Sequence record: OQ717042.1
Strand: one strand, 5' to 3'
From: Acinetobacter phage EAb13
DNA length: 64,000 nt
In this document: piece by piece, positions 1-8,959 of the stretch
Layout: the number at the start of each line of letters is the position of its first letter
How positions within the stretch are numbered: position 1 is the first letter of the stretch
Position numbers and translations under genes: made by a program
The notes under the pieces: generated by a model
What the model was told of the DNA's origin: nothing
Seen by the model: the letters and a program-made list of their open reading frames with translations, nothing else
Database searches by the model: none

Positions 1-413
1 GTCGCACCCCACCAGCCTTCTTGTAGCAGAAAAAGCTACCTACCCTTCTGGGTGGCCGTGGCTAAGTCATTGAAAATGAAATAGAAATAAAATATTTTAA
101 TTATTTTTATTAGTAGTGTTGTACTACAAATCATGTAGGGATATCATGAGCACATACCAAGCAGACAACGCTTAGTATAGCGATAAGAACGCCACTTATT
201 CGTGCGACTGGATAGTATACCTTTAACCGTAACTATTCGCTAGTCCAAACCATTATTTAAAAACTTGATAAGGTCGTTATCTATATATCTATAGTAATGT
301 CTTATATTCGAGAATCGGACTTAACCACAGTACCGACGGTATAAACATTATGTATATAGTTAATTACCAAAAAAACGGTTTTATACTAGGCTAAGCACTC
401 AACACTCAACAAT

Positions 414-478
414 GGCCGTGGCCGTGGCAATGTCTGACTCATTAACACATTATCAGACAATGCCACTGACACGGCCAC
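414..478. promoter_or_regulatory. Palindromic operator-like element: 14-bp inverted repeat GTGGCAATGTCTGA (424-437) / TCAGACAATGCCAC (453-466), flanked by GGCCGTG motifs, about 55 bp upstream of the first ORF
   Basis: Arms read directly from the sequence, 13/14 complementary with a 15-nt spacer. GGCCGTGGCCGTGGC precedes it and CACGGCCAC follows. Confidence 0.5.
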
Positions 479-532
479 AACTAACATTTAAATGTTATAA
501 CCAAGCCTAACGGCTTTTAGGAGTACACACTC

Positions 533-1120
533 ATGACTACAATCAATGACAAAGTATTAACTACTTTAAACACTCTTTCCAATACTGGAAAGAATGCAAC
601 AATCCTTTTAACCATTGCTAAAGCAATCAATGCAGATAAAGCATTACCCGCATGGGCAGAGGATACACTAGGGCAACAGTTCTTTATTAACGTACTTACA
701 TCATCGGAGCGTACCATTGCTAAGGTATGTAAAGATGATTCATACCATGATTTACGCTCTATTGTGAATACATGGAATAAAGCACAACGCTTGACAGTGG
801 CACAGTATGAGACACTTAAAACGCTTATGACTATCAAAGTATTTCAAAATAATGAAGTATTGAAAGACATTAAAGCACAAGCGGAAATGGTAGCAGCTTT
901 GGCGGTTACTAAAGCCTTAATAGGTTGTCATGATGTAACAATCACGGGCAATGAAGTACAAAAGAAACAAGCCAAAGCAACGGATTATTTCTCTAACCTT
1001 GAAGCATTCAAGGCGGGCATTGATTCAGTAGAAAATGCGGACGATTTAGCGTTAATGATGGAAATCATCCAAGCGCGTTTAAATGCACAAGCACAAGCAC
1101 AACACAAGAAAGTGGCATAA
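533..1120 (+). CDS. hypothetical protein (195 aa)
   Basis: ATG preceded by TAGGAG. Uninterrupted ORF; two hairpin+T-tract terminators follow. Confidence 0.6.
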   Translation: MTTINDKVLTTLNTLSNTGKNATILLTIAKAINADKALPAWAEDTLGQQFFINVLTSSERTIAKVCKDDSYHDLRSIVNTWNKAQRLTVAQYETLKTLMTIKVFQNNEVLKDIKAQAEMVAALAVTKALIGCHDVTITGNEVQKKQAKATDYFSNLEAFKAGIDSVENADDLALMMEIIQARLNAQAQAQHKKVA

Positions 1121-1178
1121 TCAAGGCCACTTTCACGGCCACAAGGTTTTTTATGAAATACGTCCTTTATGTAACCTT

Positions 1179-1208
1179 GGCAGTAGCTATAGGCTACTGC
1201 CTTTTTCA
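1179..1208 (+). terminator. rho-independent terminator (GGCAGTAGC-tatag-GCTACTGCC + TTTTT)
   Basis: Perfect 9-bp stem, 5-nt loop, T-run immediately 3'. Confidence 0.6.
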
Positions 1209-1280
1209 CAACGCTGCCCAGCAAATCCAGCAACGCGACGAGCAAACGCAACGCCAAATATTGAACATTGACCAATAAGA

Positions 1281-1310
1281 AAAGCAAACAAACCAGTTTG
1301 CTTTTTTTAT
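1281..1310 (+). terminator. rho-independent terminator (AAGCAAAC-aaacca-GTTTGCTT + TTTTTT)
   Basis: 8-bp stem followed by a 7-T run. Confidence 0.6.
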
Positions 1311-1379
1311 TGGTCGCGCATTTGGCGGGGCCGTGGCAGTGGCAAAACCCATATAACTGATTTTTTAAGGAATTTTGAA

Positions 1380-1775
1380 ATGACGCACAAAATTTTTGAC
1401 AAATTGCCTGATTGTGATTTACCACAATATCGCACTTACACAAGTCCAGATTTTAATATGAACGCATACATTGCCAAGGTGTTTGACAATAGTCGAGCAT
1501 ACCGAGAAGCTTTTAACTTGCCGTATGATATGAAAGGCAGTTTGGAAAAAATAGCGATTGGAAATGTACGAGTTATAGACTTGCTAAGGATGAACACACG
1601 ACCATTTCTTGATGCTAAATTTTTAAAAGAAAAGGCTAGAGAATTTAAAGCTCAATTAGATGAAGCATGGACTGATCTTGCGAATAATGAAGCTTATAGT
1701 TTTTATTATATAAATCGTGATTCTGCATTAACTCATGATATTTATTTTATTTTAAATACTATTTTAGAGTATTAA
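1380..1775 (+). CDS. hypothetical protein (131 aa)
   Basis: ORF with GGAATTTTGAAATG context. Isolated between terminators and the 1 kb non-coding tract. Confidence 0.5.
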   Translation: MTHKIFDKLPDCDLPQYRTYTSPDFNMNAYIAKVFDNSRAYREAFNLPYDMKGSLEKIAIGNVRVIDLLRMNTRPFLDAKFLKEKAREFKAQLDEAWTDLANNEAYSFYYINRDSALTHDIYFILNTILEY

Positions 1776-1830
1776 TTATAAGGTAAATATTTAGAATAAA
1801 TTTTGAGCATTTATTAACTTTTATTTTAAA

Positions 1831-1867
1831 TTGACACGACTAGAACAAGTTACGTTCGCCGTGTCAA
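1831..1867. repeat. inverted repeat TTGACACG ... CGTGTCAA (8-bp arms, 21-bp spacer)
   Basis: Read directly; the arms look like -35 TTGACA hexamers facing each other. Confidence 0.5.
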
Positions 1868-1920
1868 GGACTTTTTAAAAGTTGATCAAAATTTGTACCG
1901 AAAAAATGTGATTTTTCTGT

Positions 1921-2020
1921 CATTTCGGTCAATTTGGTTAAAAAAGCGTCAAAGTTTATAAAAATGTATTTTGATCGAAATTTGCACGATTTCGGCCAAA
2001 AGTTAGGTTTCGGCCAAAAG
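1921..2020. repeat. iteron-like direct repeats TTTCGG(C/T)CAA (1924-1933, 1990-2002, 2008-2020; the last two are exact 13-mers TTTCGGCCAAAAG)
   Basis: Three copies within 100 bp inside the non-coding tract. Confidence 0.5.
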
Positions 2021-2656
2021 CTGAAATTTTAAGAAGTACCATTTTGCTTGGGTGTAACTTTCTAGGATAACAATTTAAATTTTATTTTTTCATGTGAGAG
2101 AGAAATGAAAAATATAGAATAATAGTATAGCAAATATATAAATGTAACAGAGTATGTAAAATATATGTCTCTTACACAAAAAAGAAAAAATTGCATTTGT
2201 TATCCGAGAAAGTTACATGCTTGAAAAATAAGGGAATCTTAAAAAAGTGGCCCAGAAAGTGTCTGTGAAAATGCAGGAACATGACACACTTTCAGTACCC
2301 GAACCCCAACCTTGTGTATCAAATACGACGTTTTTGCACCATAACAGTGCAAAATAGGGGCTGGGGCCGTGACATAACCCCAACCTGAACCCCAACCCGT
2401 ACCTCATACACCGCCCGAACCCCGAAAAACCCCACGTATTTACGCACCATTTCGCGTATTTAAGCGTTTAACAGCCTAAAACGAATAACCCTACCTGAGC
2501 GCCTTAAAATCGCAAATACGCGATTCTACGCTAAATCACGCACCGAGCGCGAAAAACGACGCAAAACAGAGTCAAAACCCCAAATTTTGACACTGACCCG
2601 AACAAAACCTGAAATTGGCCGCCAAAGTACGCATGAACCCGCCTTTTATTTAGTTT

Positions 2657-2769
2657 AAATAAGAGAGTTAATATTATTATCTCGCGTCAATAATAATATT
2701 AACTCCCTTATTTAAATTAACGACATTGATTAATTTAAATATTAACTTTTCTATTAATACTGACGCGAG
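2657..2769. repeat. nested palindromes: 24-bp arms AAATAAGAGAGTTAATATTATTAT / ATAATAATATTAACTCCCTTATTT around loop CTCGCGTCA, whose reverse complement TGACGCGAG recurs at 2761-2769
   Basis: Arms are 23/24 complementary. The second inverted-repeat pair brackets the right arm and ends 10 bp before the next ATG. Confidence 0.55.
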
Positions 2770-2778
2770 TATTTAAAT

Positions 2779-3078
2779 ATGCAAAACCAAACTATTAGCA
2801 AAACTGCACTTACGACAATGGCTCAAGTTGCAAAAACTGGCTTGATAAATGCCCGTGTATGGTCGCAGTCGCATAAAACGTTTATTTTCCGTGGCGTGAT
2901 TTATCTGGTCATTGGCCTTGGCTTAGTCATAGCGGTTTACTTTATGGGCTTATGTATCATGGGCCATGATCAAAGTGAGCAAGTGCGTTTTTACATGGGC
3001 ATTATTGCTTTTGTGAATCTGGTATACATCACGATTATTTTCGCCATTCAAGCCGTGTTTTTTGGCTCTGACAAATAA
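2779..3078 (+). CDS. small membrane protein (99 aa, two predicted TM helices)
   Basis: Hydrophobic stretches VIYLVIGLGLVIAVYFMGLCIMG and IIAFVNLVYITIIFAI. Confidence 0.55.
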   Translation: MQNQTISKTALTTMAQVAKTGLINARVWSQSHKTFIFRGVIYLVIGLGLVIAVYFMGLCIMGHDQSEQVRFYMGIIAFVNLVYITIIFAIQAVFFGSDK

Positions 3079-3089
3079 GGAGCTGGGCC

Positions 3090-4067
3090 ATGTATGAATT
3101 TAAAAAGAAAAACGTAAATGATGTATTGCAAAAATCCTTGGGTAGCCAGTTACTTTTGGCCCCTAAGCACTACCGTAGAAAATTAGTATTTAGCAATTAC
3201 ACGGTTGAGGACCAAGACGTAATACTGGCGAACGTTGAAAGACGTTTTGAAAGTAAAGTAAACGTTTTGCTTTACAAGTCCTTAAAATTAAAGGTTCATG
3301 CAAACATGCGTGGACCTTGGCAACAAACCAAAGAAATCCAAGTGCTGGACTGGATAATAACTGTTTTAGTAGGCATTTTTGAACATGCAAAAAGTGTAAC
3401 TCCAAATGCTATATATGCCGAAAGAATCAACACGCCTATATACATCAATGGTAAGCGTGATGAGTTGAATACCATTGAAATACATTTACCCGCACAAGCG
3501 GCTATTTGTTCAAACCTAAATTACAATGCGGTTCGTCATTTTTCCCCGTCGCCAAGTGAAATTCCAAATTATACGCCCAGCTTTTTTATGTACCTCATTG
3601 GCATGATGGCCCAGCATTGGGACTATTGGAGTGGCGATTACCATTACCCAATCCCAGCAAGTTATGCTGCATGTGGCAATGGGCTTTTCAACAGCAATTT
3701 GCACGGCAAGATAACTAAGCTTGTGACAAAAGAATTGTCTTTACCATTATGGCTGGCCGAGCAATTGATTGAGGAACAGCAAGTGGCCTTGATTCCGTAT
3801 CTGGATGAGAAAACACGCGAGTTCAAATACAAGAACCATTACAAGTTCAAAAAGATTAACAGTCTTACTGAACGGGGTTTATTGGTTCGTGCACGATTGG
3901 CTGCAACCCAGTTTGGCAACATTGCGTCTAAGGAAATTTCATACTTTGATGGTGTACAGGGTGATTTACGTCTCAAGCTTTTACAGTTCATGATAGACAA
4001 TTTGATTGCCTATCGAACTAATGACGACGCTAAATTAACCGTGAACGGTGAGGATTTAAACCTATGA
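3090..4067 (+). CDS. hypothetical protein (325 aa)
   Basis: AAGGAG RBS 7 nt upstream. First large ORF after the non-coding tract; a role in DNA binding or initiation is speculative. Confidence 0.65.
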   Translation: MYEFKKKNVNDVLQKSLGSQLLLAPKHYRRKLVFSNYTVEDQDVILANVERRFESKVNVLLYKSLKLKVHANMRGPWQQTKEIQVLDWIITVLVGIFEHAKSVTPNAIYAERINTPIYINGKRDELNTIEIHLPAQAAICSNLNYNAVRHFSPSPSEIPNYTPSFFMYLIGMMAQHWDYWSGDYHYPIPASYAACGNGLFNSNLHGKITKLVTKELSLPLWLAEQLIEEQQVALIPYLDEKTREFKYKNHYKFKKINSLTERGLLVRARLAATQFGNIASKEISYFDGVQGDLRLKLLQFMIDNLIAYRTNDDAKLTVNGEDLNL

Positions 4068-4276
4068 TTAAGTTAATTACCGTCTGGGTTTTGACTGTGA
4101 TAGTCACATATAGCGGGACAAACCGAGTGGCTTTAACCAATTTCCAGCACACATATGGTAGCCGTGAAGAATGTATTAAGCGTTCTGAATTTTATAGAAA
4201 ACAGAACGATGGTAGCACTAAGTATTTTGAAACTTATTGTGCCCCTTCACAAATACCAATAGTCGTCAATAAATAG
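4064..4276 (+). CDS. hypothetical small protein with N-terminal hydrophobic segment (70 aa)
   Basis: ATGA start/stop overlap with the upstream gene. Confidence 0.5.
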   Translation: MIKLITVWVLTVIVTYSGTNRVALTNFQHTYGSREECIKRSEFYRKQNDGSTKYFETYCAPSQIPIVVNK

Positions 4277-4283
4277 GTGATGT

Positions 4284-4580
4284 ATGAGCAATCAATTTAG
4301 CATTACATTTGGAACATTTGTAAATATTGAAGGTCTACGTTTATATATCAATGGCCGAAAATGTGATTTTCATGTTGGTGGCCCAGAAGGTGACACTGAC
4401 GTAACTGTTTACAGTGATGATGGCGATGGATATTACATTTCGCTTGATGAAAAGGTTTGGTTTGACAGTAATGCGGCCACGAACAACAGCAGTGGTTACA
4501 TTGTTGACGACAATGGAAAACATATTCATTGTCGGTTCATGGTTGAACAGCCATTAATCATTGGTCAGTATAAAAAATAG
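4284..4580 (+). CDS. hypothetical protein (98 aa)
   Basis: GGTGATGTATG RBS context; packed in the operon. Confidence 0.5.
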   Translation: MSNQFSITFGTFVNIEGLRLYINGRKCDFHVGGPEGDTDVTVYSDDGDGYYISLDEKVWFDSNAATNNSSGYIVDDNGKHIHCRFMVEQPLIIGQYKK

Positions 4581-4585
4581 GTGAT

Positions 4586-4936
4586 GTGATGAAACTCGTA
4601 TCATTGATTGAGCATGGCGGTCACATTATTTATGCGTATGGTGGCCGTGCAACTTTCCAAATCCATGAATCAAAGTGTGAAATCGAAATGAACTTTCCGA
4701 TGGGTGTAAATAACCAAACGATATATTTCGATATTGATGCAGACGTAATTCTTGATGAGGAAAACAAGAATAGCTGCTTTGTGCAAATCAAACATGACGG
4801 TTCACCTAAACAGCCACGATTAACCCGATTAAACTTTTTTCGTGAAATTCCAGTAACGCTTGAAAACCTAGTTGGTGAAATGAATTATCACTACCACCGA
4901 CGCGAGTTGAGAATGGAAAAGGAATCTAAAAAATGA
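4586..4936 (+). CDS. hypothetical protein (116 aa)
   Basis: Same TAGGTGATGTGATG context as its neighbour. Confidence 0.5.
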   Translation: MMKLVSLIEHGGHIIYAYGGRATFQIHESKCEIEMNFPMGVNNQTIYFDIDADVILDEENKNSCFVQIKHDGSPKQPRLTRLNFFREIPVTLENLVGEMNYHYHRRELRMEKESKK

Positions 4937-5415
4937 ATAACTTTGCCGAGCATGATATAAATATGGTTATCAATCCCGAAATGAGCATTCATTTATGGGA
5001 TGTAAAACCAGAAGCTGTGTATATGGCTGGCCGTTCGCCTTTTTCTCCCGACAAACTGGAAGCGACATTCCGTGTCATTTCCCGTGTCCGTGGTCAAGAA
5101 GGTGGCTTTATTGTTGTCATGTGCGATAAGCAAGACGCACCGAAATATGACTATCAATATAGTACAGCGGTTACGCCTGATACTGTTTTGTTGACTAATT
5201 TTCACGTGACAGTTTTTGAAGGCTTGATTTTATATGAAGCTATGTATCGTCAGTATTACAGCTACATATACAAAACCCAGTATCGTTTATTAACGCCACG
5301 TGCTAAGGGTAAAAATCCAGAGCTGCCGATTATTGAAATCCGTCTGGACCCGATTAGTGGCATGACTTATATGTGTGACCATGACCTATCCATTTTAGGT
5401 GATGGGAACAATTAA
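4933..5415 (+). CDS. hypothetical protein (160 aa)
   Basis: ATGA overlap with upstream gene. Confidence 0.55.
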   Translation: MNNFAEHDINMVINPEMSIHLWDVKPEAVYMAGRSPFSPDKLEATFRVISRVRGQEGGFIVVMCDKQDAPKYDYQYSTAVTPDTVLLTNFHVTVFEGLILYEAMYRQYYSYIYKTQYRLLTPRAKGKNPELPIIEIRLDPISGMTYMCDHDLSILGDGNN

Positions 5416-5426
5416 GGAGTTTTAGC

Positions 5427-5720
5427 ATGGCGAGTAAATTACTTGCACGTATTATTGACGTGCAAACTTCACCAGTAGATGGCCGTCAATATATTTCACC
5501 AGTTGGTGGAACATGTGACACAGTAGTTATTGACGGGCGTTGGGGTGACAGTCGCATACAAAGTGAAGTTGAAGCTGCCATAGATAAGCGCTTAAAAAAT
5601 GGCATCCTGAAAGAAAAAGTTGGTTATGCCGTTTACCGCTATGGCGGTGGCTTAAAACTAATGAGTCTCCACATTTTTGACGCTGCAAAGCACGGAAAAA
5701 TGGAACGTCTGTTTTTCTAA
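5427..5720 (+). CDS. hypothetical protein (97 aa)
   Basis: AAGGAG RBS. Confidence 0.55.
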   Translation: MASKLLARIIDVQTSPVDGRQYISPVGGTCDTVVIDGRWGDSRIQSEVEAAIDKRLKNGILKEKVGYAVYRYGGGLKLMSLHIFDAAKHGKMERLFF

Positions 5721-5731
5721 GGTAGGTTTAT

Positions 5732-5968
5732 ATGTCTGGAAAAATTACACCCTCTATTGCTATTTCGGATAGAAAATTAGAGATTGGTAAGAGTTATTCG
5801 AGTGGCATATCTGGTGCCACTATCATTCCTGAAACTAACAAACGAATGGCTCAAGATTGCATTAAATTTCGCAATCGTTCAAATCAACATTATGGAAAAA
5901 ATCAAGCCCTTTATTTCAATTACCTAGATGAAAATTGGGTAGTTACCAAAGTAGATAAAGTGGTTTAA
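5732..5968 (+). CDS. hypothetical protein (78 aa)
   Basis: AGGTAGG RBS. Confidence 0.5.
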   Translation: MSGKITPSIAISDRKLEIGKSYSSGISGATIIPETNKRMAQDCIKFRNRSNQHYGKNQALYFNYLDENWVVTKVDKVV

Positions 5969-5980
5969 GGCAGGTGAAAA

Positions 5981-6208
5981 ATGCGTCAGAAGTATTACGT
6001 TTTCTATAACTGGCATAGTGCAGAAATGCGTATGAAGTATGACGCAGTTCAAGGCATTGTGGCCGACAATTTTTTGGAAGCTGAGCAAGGCTTTTTGGGA
6101 TTTGTTGAGGAATACGGACATGCAGATAAGGGTGATTGTTATGTCACCCAAGTAATGACCGAACGCCAGTACAACAACTTCCTATTGACAAAAGGAACAA
6201 TCCAATGA
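5981..6208 (+). CDS. hypothetical protein (75 aa)
   Basis: AGGCAGGTG RBS. Confidence 0.5.
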   Translation: MRQKYYVFYNWHSAEMRMKYDAVQGIVADNFLEAEQGFLGFVEEYGHADKGDCYVTQVMTERQYNNFLLTKGTIQ

Positions 6209-6696
6209 GTGAAGATCAAAAGCACCACACGAACCCAGTATTAATTGACTTGGCAATGATGCTGATTTTGAAACACCCAAGCGTGAAAAGTTTTGAGCGT
6301 GAATCAGCTGGAAGTAATTACCGCATTAAAAACTGGGCTGGTGAAATTCTGGTTGAAAGTACAGATATTTATGACGCTTTAGATTGGTTTTGGGCCAACT
6401 ACGCCAACAATGTTGTATACATACAAATGTGCGGAAAATACTCATTGGCCGTTCGTAAAAGTTCAATCAATGGCACCCGTTATTATGCTGCCATTATTAC
6501 TGCTTGTGACCAGCGCCAGTTTACCAGTATTCAAACACTGACTTACAACATGTTAGAAGGATATTGGTACACACCAAGACATGAAGCGAGTAAGGAACTT
6601 TTAAAAGCTATCGAGTCTGACAAGTGGCAGCGATTTGCAAATATTTTCCGTATTTACAACGCTGATAGTCAGGTAAAAGCGGAGCTGAAAGTATGA
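6205..6696 (+). CDS. hypothetical protein (163 aa)
   Basis: Internal ATG at 6205 with AAAGGAA RBS and an ATGA overlap. Preferred over the longer ORF starting at 6136. Confidence 0.5.
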   Translation: MSEDQKHHTNPVLIDLAMMLILKHPSVKSFERESAGSNYRIKNWAGEILVESTDIYDALDWFWANYANNVVYIQMCGKYSLAVRKSSINGTRYYAAIITACDQRQFTSIQTLTYNMLEGYWYTPRHEASKELLKAIESDKWQRFANIFRIYNADSQVKAELKV

Positions 6697-7076
6697 TTTC
6701 AAATCCAGTAACTGGAAATAAATTATCAACGGGTGAAGAAATAAAATTCACCTATGTAAACCAACGGCCAGAAGCAATCAAGGCTTGGAATTTTCAACCA
6801 CATGACTGTGGCCTATCCAATCACATGGAAGCCAACTTATTATTTTTCGCCAGTGATCAGCATTTAGCATTACGTCGATTGAAAGAAATGCTTGAATGGT
6901 ACGTGAATAACAACTCTGAAACTATGCGTAGTTACACCGACGCATGGACCAGACCAAACTGGCGACGTGCAAAAGTTCAAAGCTGGCTTGACAACTGGGA
7001 AAAAGTAAAGGTTGTTGAAGTACCAATGAATCAATTTTTCAAAGTAGGATGGGCAGCTAATGACACTATCTTGTGA
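6693..7076 (+). CDS. hypothetical protein (127 aa)
   Basis: ATGA overlap. Confidence 0.5.
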   Translation: MISNPVTGNKLSTGEEIKFTYVNQRPEAIKAWNFQPHDCGLSNHMEANLLFFASDQHLALRRLKEMLEWYVNNNSETMRSYTDAWTRPNWRRAKVQSWLDNWEKVKVVEVPMNQFFKVGWAANDTIL

Positions 7077-7317
7077 CACACCTGACAGTTATTTCCAAGG
7101 AAATGACACTGGCATAAACCGAGAGCAACTTGAGTTTGCTCTTATTTTTTGGCGTTTTAATCCGAAGGTTCGTGACATTCCTTTCGATGATATGTGTGTG
7201 ATCTTGACCGAACACTGGCGAGATTATACGTCGTCGGAGTTTTACCGAACCCCTGACAGCTCAACTTACGAATGCTGTTATGACTATATAGCCAATTATT
7301 GCAACAATATTTTGTAA
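7060..7317 (+). CDS. hypothetical protein (85 aa)
   Basis: Overlapping start in an alternative frame. Confidence 0.45.
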   Translation: MTLSCDTPDSYFQGNDTGINREQLEFALIFWRFNPKVRDIPFDDMCVILTEHWRDYTSSEFYRTPDSSTYECCYDYIANYCNNIL

Positions 7318-7330
7318 GGAAAACAAGGAC

Positions 7331-7648
7331 ATGGAACAAAACATGATTCCAGTGATTGGCCGAACTACCGAAATTTTGACTTATGAGCAAGTGATGGAAC
7401 TTGTGCAAAACATTCGTGTAGATCGACCAGTAATTACCCACAAAGAAATTGCCGATATGGTCGCTTCTGGTGAAGGTGACCTACTGATGAAATGTTTTGT
7501 GGCCGTGCGTGATGCTTTGATTGAGGAAGCATTAATTCATACACGTGGGGAACTGCAAAAAGCGGCAGCTATAATGGGTGTTACACGAAACACCTTAAAC
7601 ATATATCGGGCATCCAAAGGAAAGCCCCACAGGATGAAATTCAAATGA
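7331..7648 (+). CDS. Fis-like helix-turn-helix DNA-binding protein (105 aa)
   Basis: C-terminal HTRGELQKAAAIMGVTRNTLNIYR resembles the Fis/NtrC-type HTH (compare Fis [24 protein letters not shown]). Confidence 0.6.
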   Translation: MEQNMIPVIGRTTEILTYEQVMELVQNIRVDRPVITHKEIADMVASGEGDLLMKCFVAVRDALIEEALIHTRGELQKAAAIMGVTRNTLNIYRASKGKPHRMKFK

Positions 7649-8145
7649 GCGATTTTTTAACCAAAACTGGTATGCTTGAGGGCAAACCGTCTAACCTGCA
7701 AATTTTCGTTGACTTAGGCCAAAACATGCAGCTCTTATATAAAGGGCTTGAACTGTTTAAAGTGTATCTAACCTTTGATGCTGAACAGCCAGAAATGACT
7801 GACTTTATTTACGATGAAGTTAAGCACCAGTTGGTACATAGTGATGGTGGTCATGTCACTAATCTACTTTTGAACCAAAGCTGGATGAATTGGTACAAAT
7901 ACAAAGGTCATGTTTTGAAAGACCTTCAAGAAGTACCAATGTTCTTGGGTTATGGGGTTTATACAGAAACCCAAGGTGGCCTATTCTTTAGCAAAGCCTG
8001 TGGTTTGCACAGTACCCCAGTACCAGACGTAACCCTTATCAATGATGAGGAATATGTAGAAAAGCTTTTGGTAAAAGCTAAAGACATTCACCCAGAATTA
8101 AAATGGGAAGTTATTAAATTGAAAATCACTTGGAGCAAATATTAA
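7645..8145 (+). CDS. hypothetical protein (166 aa)
   Basis: ATGA overlap. Confidence 0.55.
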   Translation: MSDFLTKTGMLEGKPSNLQIFVDLGQNMQLLYKGLELFKVYLTFDAEQPEMTDFIYDEVKHQLVHSDGGHVTNLLLNQSWMNWYKYKGHVLKDLQEVPMFLGYGVYTETQGGLFFSKACGLHSTPVPDVTLINDEEYVEKLLVKAKDIHPELKWEVIKLKITWSKY

Positions 8146-8543
8146 TGGAAACACAACAAACAACTGCAAATGTAGCAGAAGCAAACGCTGTAGCCGTGGC
8201 AATGTCTGACACAAATCAAAATTTGATTGCCCAGCGTTTACTTGCCCCACATATTCATGACTACCATCGTCGTTTTATCGGGGACAATTTCTTTTCAAAA
8301 GACAACATGGCTTTCTTTAAATCCAAAGTTGACCATGGGTATTTTATTCCCAATAAAATGCTGGTGTTATTCATTACTTGTGAGAAATCACCAACTGGTA
8401 ATGTGGGTTACACGGTCCGTAAATTTTCGGGGGAACACCGCAAAGCTGGTGTAGTTGATGTGACGGAGTTCAACAAATTGACCCGTGAAAAGGCCATGAT
8501 TGCATTGCAAGATGCAGTTAATCTTGAATGTCAACACCTATAA
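8130..8543 (+). CDS. hypothetical protein (137 aa); carries the second copy of the GCCGTGGCAATGTCTGAC 18-mer (8193-8210)
   Basis: ORF in operon context. Confidence 0.5.
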   Translation: MEQILMETQQTTANVAEANAVAVAMSDTNQNLIAQRLLAPHIHDYHRRFIGDNFFSKDNMAFFKSKVDHGYFIPNKMLVLFITCEKSPTGNVGYTVRKFSGEHRKAGVVDVTEFNKLTREKAMIALQDAVNLECQHL

Positions 8544-8596
8544 GCAAGTAATTTCGGTTATCATGTCGGCATTGATGATGACGACATGATGAGACT

Positions 8597-8959
8597 GTGA
8601 TGGATAAATTGAAATCCGTTAAGAAAGTATTCAAGACAGGCGGGGATTTTAATTTTCCCGTGCTGCTTTGGGACTTCGATGTGGAAGCCAACACCAAAAC
8701 CGAGGTTAATATTGCATCTGAAAATTTGGAAATCAGTTGTTCAGTATTTGATAAACAAAACCGCAAACTGGCAGATGCTGAGGTTACTACACTTGGCAGC
8801 TTAGTGAATGGTATTCTGATTAAAATTGAACATGACGTGACCAAATTATGGAAGCCATGCGAGGATGCCAGATTCGACTTGAAGGTAGTAAACAAAACTA
8901 CTGGTGATGTTCGATATTCTCAAACGGTTTACTTTGACATTGAACGGGGACTTAGCTAA
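8597..8959 (+). CDS. hypothetical protein (120 aa)
   Basis: Preceded by a hairpin TCATGTCG...CGACATGA at 8561-8589. Confidence 0.5.
   Translation: MMDKLKSVKKVFKTGGDFNFPVLLWDFDVEANTKTEVNIASENLEISCSVFDKQNRKLADAEVTTLGSLVNGILIKIEHDVTKLWKPCEDARFDLKVVNKTTGDVRYSQTVYFDIERGLS

Larger units (their letters stand above)
1776..2778. other. About 1 kb non-coding tract: AT-rich promoter-like segment, iteron-like direct repeats, C-rich/G-poor CpG-containing segment (about 2340-2640) and nested long palindromes; candidate origin or injection/packaging control region
   Basis: No ORF with an RBS. The one 64-aa minus-strand ORF falls in the composition-biased tract. Repeat structure is listed in separate features below. 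Confidence 0.5.

Noticed and set aside
517-1443. Minus-strand ORFs 517-837 and 985-1443 (106 and 152 aa)
   Set aside because: Both are antisense to the better-supported + strand gene 533-1120 and span its terminators. No RBS; the + strand gene order is consistent.
2213-2407. 64-aa minus-strand ORF in the non-coding tract
   Set aside because: It lies in the composition-biased C-rich segment and has no RBS. It encodes a Cys/Gly/Trp-biased peptide that looks like a composition artefact.
8561-8589. Hairpin TCATGTCG...CGACATGA as a terminator
   Set aside because: No T-run follows; more likely a translational or RNA-processing structure preceding gene 8597, if functional at all.
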